A stretch of DNA of 64,000 nucleotides, from the IMG/VR virus record IMGVR_UViG_3300042691_034899, positions 1 to 64,000 of that record; one strand, 5' to 3'. Shown in pieces: positions 56,008-64,000 of the stretch; the stretch's first letter is position 1; every line of letters starts with the position of its first letter. This stretch comes from a virus. The notes below the pieces were generated by a model that was given only the letters and a program-made list of their open reading frames with translations, did not search any database and was not told the DNA's origin. A program made the position numbers and the translations under genes.

Positions 56008-56048
56008 AATCTTTTAATTAGATTTGCTCAAATTTAAAAACCAAATAT

Positions 56049-56486
56049 ATGAATAATCAATTTATCTGTAAGGTCCGTTACACAAAGGATCTTGAAAACG
56101 GTACTCTTAAGAGAGTATCAGAATCTTTTCTTGTGCATGCATTCACATTCGGTGGTGCTGAAGAAGAAATCTACAAACACTTAGGCGAAACTATTAAAGG
56201 AGAATTTATAGTTGAGGCTATTACAAAAGTTCAATTCATGGACATCTTTGAATCCGAAGATTTAGGTGATTACTTTGAGGTTAAGATCAAGCATACTTTG
56301 TCTGATGAGGACTCTGGAAAAGATAAGAAAACTGTATATACTTATCTAACTTCCGCAAAAGATGCGAAGAAAGCTTACGATACTGTAATGGGTGAAGTAT
56401 CTAGCTTACTATTTGAGCCTGAGGTATCTGTAGTTAAGGAATCAAAGATTATGGAAGTGTTTCAGCCATCTGAAGTAGAAGCATAA
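56049..56486 (+). CDS. DUF4494-like protein (Bacteroidota)
   Basis: CKVRY.K..ENG..K.V.E..LV.A..F..AE...ESKIMEVF; promoter TAGATTTG at 56019. Confidence 0.75.
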   Translation: MNNQFICKVRYTKDLENGTLKRVSESFLVHAFTFGGAEEEIYKHLGETIKGEFIVEAITKVQFMDIFESEDLGDYFEVKIKHTLSDEDSGKDKKTVYTYLTSAKDAKKAYDTVMGEVSSLLFEPEVSVVKESKIMEVFQPSEVEA

Positions 56487-56505
56487 TTTTAAATGTTCTA
56501 ATTTA

Positions 56506-56573
56506 CTTGCAGGATTCATACCTTGTACGTATCTTTATAGTCCGACTTTTTTCTAAACGAAGTCGGATTTTTT
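56506..56573 (+). promoter_or_regulatory. Promoter followed by a terminator-like hairpin upstream of nrdB
   Basis: CTTGC...TATCTTTA, then TCCGACTT...AAGTCGGA-TTTTTT. Confidence 0.5.
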
Positions 56574-56592
56574 AACCTTTAAACTTTAAAAA

Positions 56593-57570
56593 ATGGGGAT
56601 TTTTGATAAGAGAGTTAGTTACAAACCTTTCGAGTATTCTCACATAACAGATCCGTTGATCGATGCTATGTGGGCGAGTCATTGGACTCACAATGAATTT
56701 AATTTTAAGAACGATGTTCAGGACTTTAAGACAAGGCTTACTGATCAAGAAAGAGGAGTAGTAAAGAGAGCTATTCTTTTGACTTCTCAAGTAGAGGTAG
56801 CTGTAAAATCTTATTGGTCTAACATTGGAAGAGTTCTTCCAAAGCCTGAGATATCTGACTTAGGTGCAGTGTTCGGTGGTGTTGAAGTGATTCATTCAAG
56901 AGCCTATGCAGAGATTTTGTCTAAGCTAGGATTAGAAAATGAATTTGATACACTATTCTCAGAGCCAGTTGTAAAAGGTAGAGTGGATTATCTTTCTAAG
57001 TATGTGAATAAAATCTACAAAGATGACAAGAAGAATATAGTATATTCATTAATCTTATTCACATTATTTACGGAGTACTGCGCTTTATTCTCTCAGTTCT
57101 ACACCATACTTGGGTTCAATAGATTTAGAGGTATACTAAAAGATGTATCTAACATTGTACAGTATACTTCAAAAGAAGAGAATCTACATGCTGAAGGTGG
57201 TATGGCATTGATTAATCAAATACGTGAAGAGCATCCAGAAGTATTTGATGAAGAGCTTACTAGTAAAATTTACTCAGAAGTTCAAGAAGCGTTCACGGCT
57301 GAGTCTAATCTTATTGATTGGATTTTGCAAGGGTACGAAAATGAATTCCTATCTCAAGATATACTAGAGGGGTATATTAAAAGAAGGATGAATGAATGCC
57401 TATCAAAAATAGGTTTTGAAAAACAATTTGAAATTCCTTCCAATATTATTGAGGAAACTAATTGGATGGAGGAAGAGGTATATGCTTCAGCTATGACAGA
57501 TTTCTTTCATAAGAAGCCTATAGACTATGCGAAAAAAACAAAAGTATTTAACGAAGAAGAATTATTTTAA
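56593..57570 (+). CDS. nrdB: Ribonucleotide reductase class I beta subunit (class Id-like)
   Basis: EVAVK, EVIHSRAY, FTE and EENLH ligand motifs; DFF..KP..Y tail. Confidence 0.93.
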   Translation: MGIFDKRVSYKPFEYSHITDPLIDAMWASHWTHNEFNFKNDVQDFKTRLTDQERGVVKRAILLTSQVEVAVKSYWSNIGRVLPKPEISDLGAVFGGVEVIHSRAYAEILSKLGLENEFDTLFSEPVVKGRVDYLSKYVNKIYKDDKKNIVYSLILFTLFTEYCALFSQFYTILGFNRFRGILKDVSNIVQYTSKEENLHAEGGMALINQIREEHPEVFDEELTSKIYSEVQEAFTAESNLIDWILQGYENEFLSQDILEGYIKRRMNECLSKIGFEKQFEIPSNIIEETNWMEEEVYASAMTDFFHKKPIDYAKKTKVFNEEELF

Positions 57571-57571
57571 A

Positions 57572-59218
57572 ATGGAAAACTTTTATTGGCTTAACGAAGA
57601 ATCAAGAAAATTTTTAAATGAAGGCTATCTTTTACCTGGTGTTACTCCAGAAGATAGAATCAGACAAATAGCTGATACAGCTGAACGAATAATGGGTATT
57701 AACGGATTCTCAGATAAGTTCTACGGATATATGGCAAAGGGCTTTTACTCTTTAGCTACTCCAGTATGGATGAACTTTGGACTAGACAGAGGCCTACCTA
57801 TATCGTGTTATGGGATTGACATTCAAGATGACACAGCGGATATTGTAAGAGCTGCTGCTGAGATTGGAATGCTTACAAAACATGGTGGGGGTACTGCTGG
57901 ATTCTTTGGCAAACTTCGTCACAGAGGAGCTCTAATTAAAAGCAATGGGGTATCTAATGGTCCTATATCTTTTATGGAGTTGTTCCAATCAGCTACGAAT
58001 GTTATCACACAAGGTCAAGCAAGGAGAGGTTACTTTGCTGCTTACCTAAACATTGATCATCCAGACATTGAGGAGTTCCTGAAGTGTAGAGAAGAAGGTC
58101 ACCCAATCCAAGACATAGCATTAGCTGTAACTATCCCAGACTATTGGATGCAAGAGATGATTGATGGAGATAAAGGCAAGAGAGCTATAATGGCAAAGGT
58201 ACACAAGAAGAGATCTGAAACTGGATTCCCTTACATATTCTTTTCTGATAATGTAGATAAAGATAAGCCTCAAGTGTATAAGGATAAAGACTTAAAGATT
58301 AATCACAGTCAAATGTGTTCTGAGATAATCGAGTACACTGATGATGAAAAAACATTTGTTTGTTGTTTATCCTCTTTGAACTTAGTTCATTGGGATGAGA
58401 TTAAAGAGACAGATGCAATTGAAACTCTAACTATATTCCTTGATGCTGTATATACAGAGTTTATTGAAAAGGCAGAAGGTATACCATTCTTTGAGAAGGC
58501 CGTAAAATTTGCAAAGGAACATAGAAGTATTGGTCTTGGTGTTTTAGGATGGCATAGTTTCTTGCAATCTAAAATGATTCCTTTTGAAGGTATGGAAGCT
58601 ATGTATCTCAATGCGGAAATCTTCAAGACTATTAATGAAAGAAGCTTAGAGACAAGTAAAAAACTAGCCATATTTTATGGAGAGCCTGAGATGCTTAAAG
58701 GATACGATGAGAGATTCACAACAAGAGTTGCTATTGCTCCTACTACTTCATCAAGTTTTATCTTAGGTCAGGTGTCTCCATCAATTGAGCCGTTGCATTC
58801 TAATTACTTTTTGAAAGACTTAGCTAAAGGTAAATTCTCGTATAAGAATCCTTACTTAGAAGAGCTACTTAAAAACAAAGGACTAGATACTCCAGAAACT
58901 TGGAAAAGTATTATGGTTAAGGGTGGATCTGTTCAGCACCTAGAGGGTCTGACAAAAGAAGAGAAGGATGTATTCAAAACATTCGGAGAGATAAGTCAGA
59001 TGGAAATTGTAAAACAAGCAGCTCAAAGACAGAAATGGATAGATCAGGCTCAGTCATTGAATCTTATGATTCATCCAGACGTTCCGTTAAAGGATGTTAA
59101 TGCTTTGCTTATTGAAGCTTGGAAGCTTGGACTTAAAACACTATATTACCAAAGGAGTGTAAATATTGCACAACAAGTATCAAGAGATATTTTGTCTTGT
59201 GCATCTTGCGAGGCGTAA
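57572..59218 (+). CDS. nrdA: Ribonucleotide reductase class I alpha subunit (no ATP cone)
   Basis: ATP..N.G...ISC, SQMCSEI, CCLSS, APTTSSS, KTLYY and C-terminal CASCE; ATG at 57572. Confidence 0.93.
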   Translation: MENFYWLNEESRKFLNEGYLLPGVTPEDRIRQIADTAERIMGINGFSDKFYGYMAKGFYSLATPVWMNFGLDRGLPISCYGIDIQDDTADIVRAAAEIGMLTKHGGGTAGFFGKLRHRGALIKSNGVSNGPISFMELFQSATNVITQGQARRGYFAAYLNIDHPDIEEFLKCREEGHPIQDIALAVTIPDYWMQEMIDGDKGKRAIMAKVHKKRSETGFPYIFFSDNVDKDKPQVYKDKDLKINHSQMCSEIIEYTDDEKTFVCCLSSLNLVHWDEIKETDAIETLTIFLDAVYTEFIEKAEGIPFFEKAVKFAKEHRSIGLGVLGWHSFLQSKMIPFEGMEAMYLNAEIFKTINERSLETSKKLAIFYGEPEMLKGYDERFTTRVAIAPTTSSSFILGQVSPSIEPLHSNYFLKDLAKGKFSYKNPYLEELLKNKGLDTPETWKSIMVKGGSVQHLEGLTKEEKDVFKTFGEISQMEIVKQAAQRQKWIDQAQSLNLMIHPDVPLKDVNALLIEAWKLGLKTLYYQRSVNIAQQVSRDILSCASCEA

Positions 59219-59241
59219 CTCACCTCCAAATTCCCCCAGGA

Positions 59242-59269
59242 GCCCTCACATTTTGTGGGGGCTTTTTTT
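59242..59269 (+). terminator. Intrinsic terminator
   Basis: GCCCTCACA-ttt-TGTGGGGGC-T7. Confidence 0.75.
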
Positions 59270-59301
59270 GTTTAGCCAAATTTTTTCATTATATTTGCAA
59301 T

Positions 59302-59850
59302 ATGCTAGACAAGAAAGTACAAGACCACATTGATTTGGTCATACCTCCAGCAAAAAAGGAGTTAAAGTTTATAAAAGAACAAAACTGGTCTGAGATATCG
59401 CATCTTGGTAAGAGGGAAAGTATGTATAACCTTCAGTCAATTCTTAATGAAAGGAACATAAATGCTTTGGTAAAACTGTACAACCTTGCAGAAGAAGATT
59501 TAGGTCATCCAGAAGTTAGGAAGTCTATAAAGATTCTTTTGGAATTCTACTACATACTAGAAAAAAGGTATCAAAATGTTGACAAGAAGTTTGACTGGAC
59601 AAAGTTTGATCAAAGTGAAAAGGACATTGAAAAGAAGATGGCCGATGAGATTGAATTTCAATCAGGAGTTCTGAAAGACCTATCAAGATTTAAAGAGAAC
59701 TTACGTAAAATAAATTTCGGTGAGGAGTCTAACGATTTAGATATTCCTATTCACTCAGATAAACCAATACCAGTTATTATGGCAGAGTCTGTCGAAGCTA
59801 GGTATCCAGAGATAAGGGAATTTATTAACAAAAAGCTGACTCAAAAATGA
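59302..59850 (+). CDS. Hypothetical protein
   Basis: Start moved to ATG 59302, 4 nt after TATATTTG. Confidence 0.6.
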   Translation: MLDKKVQDHIDLVIPPAKKELKFIKEQNWSEISHLGKRESMYNLQSILNERNINALVKLYNLAEEDLGHPEVRKSIKILLEFYYILEKRYQNVDKKFDWTKFDQSEKDIEKKMADEIEFQSGVLKDLSRFKENLRKINFGEESNDLDIPIHSDKPIPVIMAESVEARYPEIREFINKKLTQK

Positions 59851-61259
59851 TGCAATTAAGAGACTACCAACGGTCAGCTGTCAATGCTGCGATGAAGTAT
59901 ATTAGTTCAGCTAGTAAATCCCCAGCTATAATAGTAGCTCCAACTGGAGCTGGGAAGAGTTGGGAGATAGCTGGTATTGCAAAAAATTATCCTGATCCAA
60001 TATTGATACTACAGCCTTCTATAGAATTATTGAAGCAGAACTATGATAAGTTTATGCTGATGGGTGGTGAGGCTAGTATATTTTCTGCAGGAGCAAAAGA
60101 AAAGGTAATCAGCCATGTTACCTATGCGACCATTGGAAGTGTCAAGTCAAAGGTAGCTGAACTTAAAAAAGCTGGAGTAAGTCTTGTAATTATAGATGAA
60201 TGTCACCATGGTGTAAGCCCTGAGCCTAGTTCTGAATTCTCAAAATTTATAAGAGCCTTGAATCCCAAAAAAGTTATTGGGCTTACAGCAACTCCTTTCA
60301 GACTTAAGAGTACAATGGAAGGGAGTAAGTTATCTATGCTGAATAGAGTTCGACCTGGGTACTTTAAAGAATTCATTCATGTAACTCAGATCAAAGAAAT
60401 GATTGACCTTGGATACTGGTGTCCATCTATTGAAGAGGAATGGACTATGGACGAGGGAACTCTAAAATTAAATACCAACGGTACAGAGTTTACAGAGGAC
60501 AGTATAAAAAGAGCTGTAGAAGCAAACGGTATAAACAACAAAATCTATCTTCGAGTCAAAGAGTTATTGCATCAGAACAACAGAAACAGTATTCTTGTAT
60601 TTGTGGACTCTGTTTTATCGTGTGAGAAATTCTGCCAATGGATTCCAAATAGTGCATACTTATCGAGTGATACCAAAGATAAAGACAGAGAAAGAATCGT
60701 AAGGGAATTCAAGGAAGGTAAGATAAAAGTTGTATTCAACTACGGAATACTAAGCACTGGATTCGATTTTCCTGGTCTTGACTGTATTATAATGGGAAGG
60801 CCTACAAACTCTTTGTCTGCATTTTATCAGATATACGGAAGAGGTGTGAGAACAATGGATGGAAAGAAAGACTTTTTATTTATTGATTACTGTAACAACT
60901 TCAATAGATTAGCTCATCCAAGAGACATAACCATCGAAAACTATGAAGGTTATGGATGGGGTGTGTTTACAAAAGAAAGATTAGTAACTGGAGTTCCATT
61001 GGATGGACCAGTAGTTACAAGAGAAGATCTAAATAATAAATCAAAAGGGAGTGATGGATCTATTGTCTTCCCGTTCGGAAAGAATAAAAACAAAAAAGTT
61101 GTAGACGTATATAAGAAAGATCCATCTTACATAAACTGGCTCTTAAAACAAGACTGGTTAGACAATGGATTTAAAAAGAAGGTGGAGGACATAGTTAAAA
61201 GTATGACACTTAATGCTATTGCTCCTATAAAACCTAAATCTGTAGGGTATTCTGGATAG
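59847..61259 (+). CDS. SF2 DNA helicase (RadD/UvsW-like)
   Basis: LRDYQ, PTGAGKS, DECH, TATP, TGFD and QIYGRG.R motifs; C-terminal PFGK domain. Confidence 0.9.
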   Translation: MMQLRDYQRSAVNAAMKYISSASKSPAIIVAPTGAGKSWEIAGIAKNYPDPILILQPSIELLKQNYDKFMLMGGEASIFSAGAKEKVISHVTYATIGSVKSKVAELKKAGVSLVIIDECHHGVSPEPSSEFSKFIRALNPKKVIGLTATPFRLKSTMEGSKLSMLNRVRPGYFKEFIHVTQIKEMIDLGYWCPSIEEEWTMDEGTLKLNTNGTEFTEDSIKRAVEANGINNKIYLRVKELLHQNNRNSILVFVDSVLSCEKFCQWIPNSAYLSSDTKDKDRERIVREFKEGKIKVVFNYGILSTGFDFPGLDCIIMGRPTNSLSAFYQIYGRGVRTMDGKKDFLFIDYCNNFNRLAHPRDITIENYEGYGWGVFTKERLVTGVPLDGPVVTREDLNNKSKGSDGSIVFPFGKNKNKKVVDVYKKDPSYINWLLKQDWLDNGFKKKVEDIVKSMTLNAIAPIKPKSVGYSG

Positions 61260-61284
61260 AAAAAGCCCCCTAAAATTGGGGGCC
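61260..61284. terminator. Terminator at convergence point
   Basis: A-run then GCCCCC-taaaatt-GGGGGC. Confidence 0.65.
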
Positions 61285-61335
61285 TAAAACAATGCAGTAA
61301 ACAGATTCTAATAACACAAACAAATATACAAAAAA

Positions 61336-61761
61336 TTATTGGAATATCTCGTTATTTTTTCTTAAGAATTCAAAAAGTTCTTCAGTAACAAGACCCGTTC
61401 CATCTGGATGTGGATCATGCCACAACTCTCCATTCCTATAAATACACACATGGTCAAAGCCTCTATAGCTTTCTCCTATTACTAGGTAGTAACTATTGTC
61501 AAACTGATGACCGTTTAGTGATCCCCAATCATACCCTCTTTCCTGTAGCCATAATGATAAAACAAGAACCCATTTAACATCGGCTTCATCATCTGAAAAA
61601 TGTTCTTGTATTTGAATACAATCTTCGGGGCTTTCTAAGTCCAGGAAACATGCTATAGCTGCAGCGTATGAATTCTCCCTTGTCTTTACATCGTCCCAAA
61701 GGTGATTTAAGACTGAATCTACTCTTGTCTGTACCATCTTCTTCATAAGAGAATTTTTCAC
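61336..61761 (-). CDS. Hypothetical phage protein
   Basis: A.IAC.L.L...G.S.RG..H..IY..G.L.HDPHP pattern. Confidence 0.6.
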   Translation of the reverse strand: MKNSLMKKMVQTRVDSVLNHLWDDVKTRENSYAAAIACFLDLESPEDCIQIQEHFSDDEADVKWVLVLSLWLQERGYDWGSLNGHQFDNSYYLVIGESYRGFDHVCIYRNGELWHDPHPDGTGLVTEELFEFLRKNNEIFQ

Positions 61762-61811
61762 TAATTTAAAAATCTATATTCACAATTCCAAAAAAGTTAA
61801 TTGATTTGTAA

Positions 61812-63749
61812 TTAGTGTACATCTGCATATGTTTTTCCTACTTGAACGTCTACTTCTAATTTGATTGGATAGTTAAAACAGCTATTCACTTTTTCCATGC
61901 ATTCATGTAGAATCTTCTCAGCCCATTCAGCTTTATCCTCATCTACACAAAGTAAAACTTCATCATGGAACTGAGCTACTGGCTTTAATCCCTCTTGAAT
62001 CATGAAGTATACCCAAAGGTCAAACATCTTTACACCAGCATTCTGATTACATGCAGAGAACCTAATATGATCAGATGTAAGATATAACCATAAGCTACTG
62101 TATGGATTATATACCCATGTCTTATCATCAACAACTTTTGTCATCCTATCTTCAGCATATTGCTTTACAGCCCAGTTCCTATCCCAGTAAGCTTCCAATA
62201 CATTCTTAGCTTCTTTCAGTTGAATACTAGCTGATTCTGATATCTTTGCAGGCCCAGCTCCGTATGTCGCAGCATAATTTACAGTCTTGGCAACAGCTCT
62301 CTTTTTGGATAATCTTATATACTCCTTCTCCATAGATTCTTCTGTAAAGTTTCTATAGATATCTGGACAGTCCTCCGCTTTTCTGCCTTTAGACTTGAAC
62401 CACTTAAAGAATTTAATCTCCTCGCTGTTCAACAATCCAGATCGTTCACCAATATCCAAGTGAGCATCCCATCCCTTTACGTTCATCTGCTCAACGTATT
62501 CTGGATCATAGTTATAGATTGCTATTTGTTTTGTTTTATCTTCCAAAGAGGATACGTCACTACCTATTAGAACTTTTCCAGGAGGAGCTATCATTACGGA
62601 TCTAATGTATTCTCCATACTGAGCTGTTGGCTTTGGTAGATTCACAAATGGATTAGAGTGCTTAAGTCTTATTGTCTTTGCAAATCCATTGCATCTAGCA
62701 GCTGCGTATCCATCTTTATCAGCATACTTCAGAAAAGCTTTTAAGTATCCTGCTCTATGAGAAGCTACTGATAACCCATCAAGAGCTTCTAGTTCAGGCT
62801 TTACCTCTATCAACTTCTTAATGTTAGGGCATAGATTCTTATCGTCATCCCTTAGTTGAGGAACTTTTCCATTTGCTCCATCCTTATAGTACTTAGGATG
62901 CCAACCAAGAGATGTGAGAAAATCTTTCATCTGTTGATCTGAATTTGGATTTGGATCTTCGTACTTAACTATTTCTCTTATTTCTCCATCGTAATCTTGA
63001 GGCAGATCAGCTCTTTCAAGTAAATCAAACCACTTCTCTCCAGCTGCAGATAATGATCCATCCTTTTTGAATATAACAGATGGCTTTTTTCTTATACTGT
63101 ACTTAGGAACTTTAGGCATGATGTTTTGAAGCTGTTCTATCTTTTCAGATATAATACCTTCAAGTATTTCTAAGTTCTTCTCTGCTTGCTTAACATCAAT
63201 AAGGATCTTATTTGCTTCTTGGTAATGAAGGCATTCCATCTTGAATGTAAAATACTTTATTACATTTACAATAGCCTGCTCATCCTCATCATAGAGTTCG
63301 TTTAAAAGGTTAAGCATCTTAACCCAAAGATTAGTATTTATCTTAACATCTTCTTCGCATCGGTGTCTGTACTCTTCGTAAGTTAAACTATTCCAATCTT
63401 CTATCTCTGGCTTTGGTACACCAAATCTTTCACCCCATGCTTCAAGCCCATGCTTTAAATACTCGTTGTATAAGTACCAGCTTATTCCAAGTGTATCTAT
63501 TATCTGAGCATTAAATTCAAATCCTAGCTTCTCCAATGCTGGTTTATCATAGGATACAAAGTTATGTCCGACAATAACATTATCATGATTCCCTACTAGA
63601 TTCTGGATTCTACTTCTGTCTGCTGTGCTTATTATTTGCCAACCCCCATTATCATCTTTATATGCAGCTGATAAAACATGGAGCTTTGTAAGCTCATCTA
63701 ATAAACCATCACATTCGATATCTACAACAAACACTTTATTTAAATCCAT
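61812..63749 (-). CDS. polA: DNA polymerase family A with 3'-5' exonuclease
   Basis: DIECDGL and GHN...YD exonuclease motifs; motif A DVSSLE, motif B R..AKTVNYA..YG, motif C HDE. Confidence 0.93.
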   Translation of the reverse strand: MDLNKVFVVDIECDGLLDELTKLHVLSAAYKDDNGGWQIISTADRSRIQNLVGNHDNVIVGHNFVSYDKPALEKLGFEFNAQIIDTLGISWYLYNEYLKHGLEAWGERFGVPKPEIEDWNSLTYEEYRHRCEEDVKINTNLWVKMLNLLNELYDEDEQAIVNVIKYFTFKMECLHYQEANKILIDVKQAEKNLEILEGIISEKIEQLQNIMPKVPKYSIRKKPSVIFKKDGSLSAAGEKWFDLLERADLPQDYDGEIREIVKYEDPNPNSDQQMKDFLTSLGWHPKYYKDGANGKVPQLRDDDKNLCPNIKKLIEVKPELEALDGLSVASHRAGYLKAFLKYADKDGYAAARCNGFAKTIRLKHSNPFVNLPKPTAQYGEYIRSVMIAPPGKVLIGSDVSSLEDKTKQIAIYNYDPEYVEQMNVKGWDAHLDIGERSGLLNSEEIKFFKWFKSKGRKAEDCPDIYRNFTEESMEKEYIRLSKKRAVAKTVNYAATYGAGPAKISESASIQLKEAKNVLEAYWDRNWAVKQYAEDRMTKVVDDKTWVYNPYSSLWLYLTSDHIRFSACNQNAGVKMFDLWVYFMIQEGLKPVAQFHDEVLLCVDEDKAEWAEKILHECMEKVNSCFNYPIKLEVDVQVGKTYADVH

Positions 63750-63766
63750 CCTCTATTTATTTTAAA

Positions 63767-63774
63767 CAAAGATA
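63767..63774 (-). promoter_or_regulatory. -7 promoter element for polA
   Basis: TATCTTTG on the minus strand. Confidence 0.55.
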
Positions 63775-63795
63775 AAAATAAAAAGAGTCATAAAC

Positions 63796-63828
63796 AAAAA
63801 ATCCCCCACCAAATTAATGATGAGGGAC
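63796..63828 (-). terminator. Terminator upstream of the polA promoter
   Basis: A-run, then imperfect stem TCCCCCACCA...TGATGAGGGA. Confidence 0.45.
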
Positions 63829-64000
63829 AAATAAGTGAATTGTGTCTACGGTATTTACGCTTAGAAGTCTTAGGATTTACGATAAACGACCTCTGCTTCC
63901 CCTGTCTGTAGACCTACCAAATTCCAACCTACATAGCAAACATACATAGTATAATCTGAATAAGCAAATAGATGAAATTTAATCCAATATTTTTGGCTGT

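Noticed and set aside
1194-58671. Antisense or nested ORFs in the track (e.g. 1194-1547, 9971-10345, 26310-26555, 31586-32131, 58387-58671)
   Set aside because: They lie opposite or inside well-supported genes and look like shadow frames.
59197-59301. N-terminal extension of the ORF after nrdA
   Set aside because: It runs through the nrdA terminator and a promoter; ATG 59302 is the better start. The MKPLNQN-type extensions at 46867, 47775, 53067 and 53335 are likewise just motif A read in another frame.
15510-63749. Inteins or introns in terL, recA, thyA, nrdAB, helicase or polA
   Set aside because: All are uninterrupted and of ordinary length, with no intein splice motifs; the thyA insertions are short in-frame loops.
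1-64000. Stop-codon reassignment (TAG or TGA), as in some crAss-like phages
   Set aside because: Core genes are full length under code 11, coding density is high, TAG ends several complete genes, and no suppressor tRNA is seen.

Overview
This 64 kb window is a segment of an AT-rich, crAss-like (Crassvirales-related) lytic phage using the standard genetic code. The host is most likely a Bacteroidota/Flavobacteriia bacterium, judging by TAnnTTTG promoters, Gln-rule signal peptides, a T9SS-type cargo protein and a class Id-type RNR. Layout: (i) 1-19.8 kb, minus strand: morphogenesis block (terminase, portal, scaffold-like protein, major capsid protein, conserved virion genes, fibre-like proteins, holin). 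(ii) 19.9-28.4 kb, plus strand: candidate structured RNA, RecA, SSB, phosphoesterase, GroEL-GroES, guanylate kinase. (iii) 28.4-33.3 kb, minus strand: ThyA, thioesterase, T9SS cargo. (iv) 33.3-34.0 kb: non-coding divergence point with three tandem promoters. (v) 34-56 kb, plus strand: dense array of small early/accessory genes, two tRNAs and flanking hairpin arrays. (vi) RNR, SF2 helicase and PolA. The most unusual signal is two families of short conserved DNA motifs (TTAAATCAGAATA x7; AAC(C)AAAAAAAC-AAGTAAC/TAGAA x6-7) that sit exactly at stop/start junctions of unrelated small genes, alongside paralogs built from constant and unalignable variable blocks. Together these suggest a gene-cassette shuffling system with no integrase in this window. 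A second lead is a ~330-nt promoter-driven, possibly pseudoknotted ncRNA upstream of recA. All calls come from reading motifs by eye; no database searches were run.
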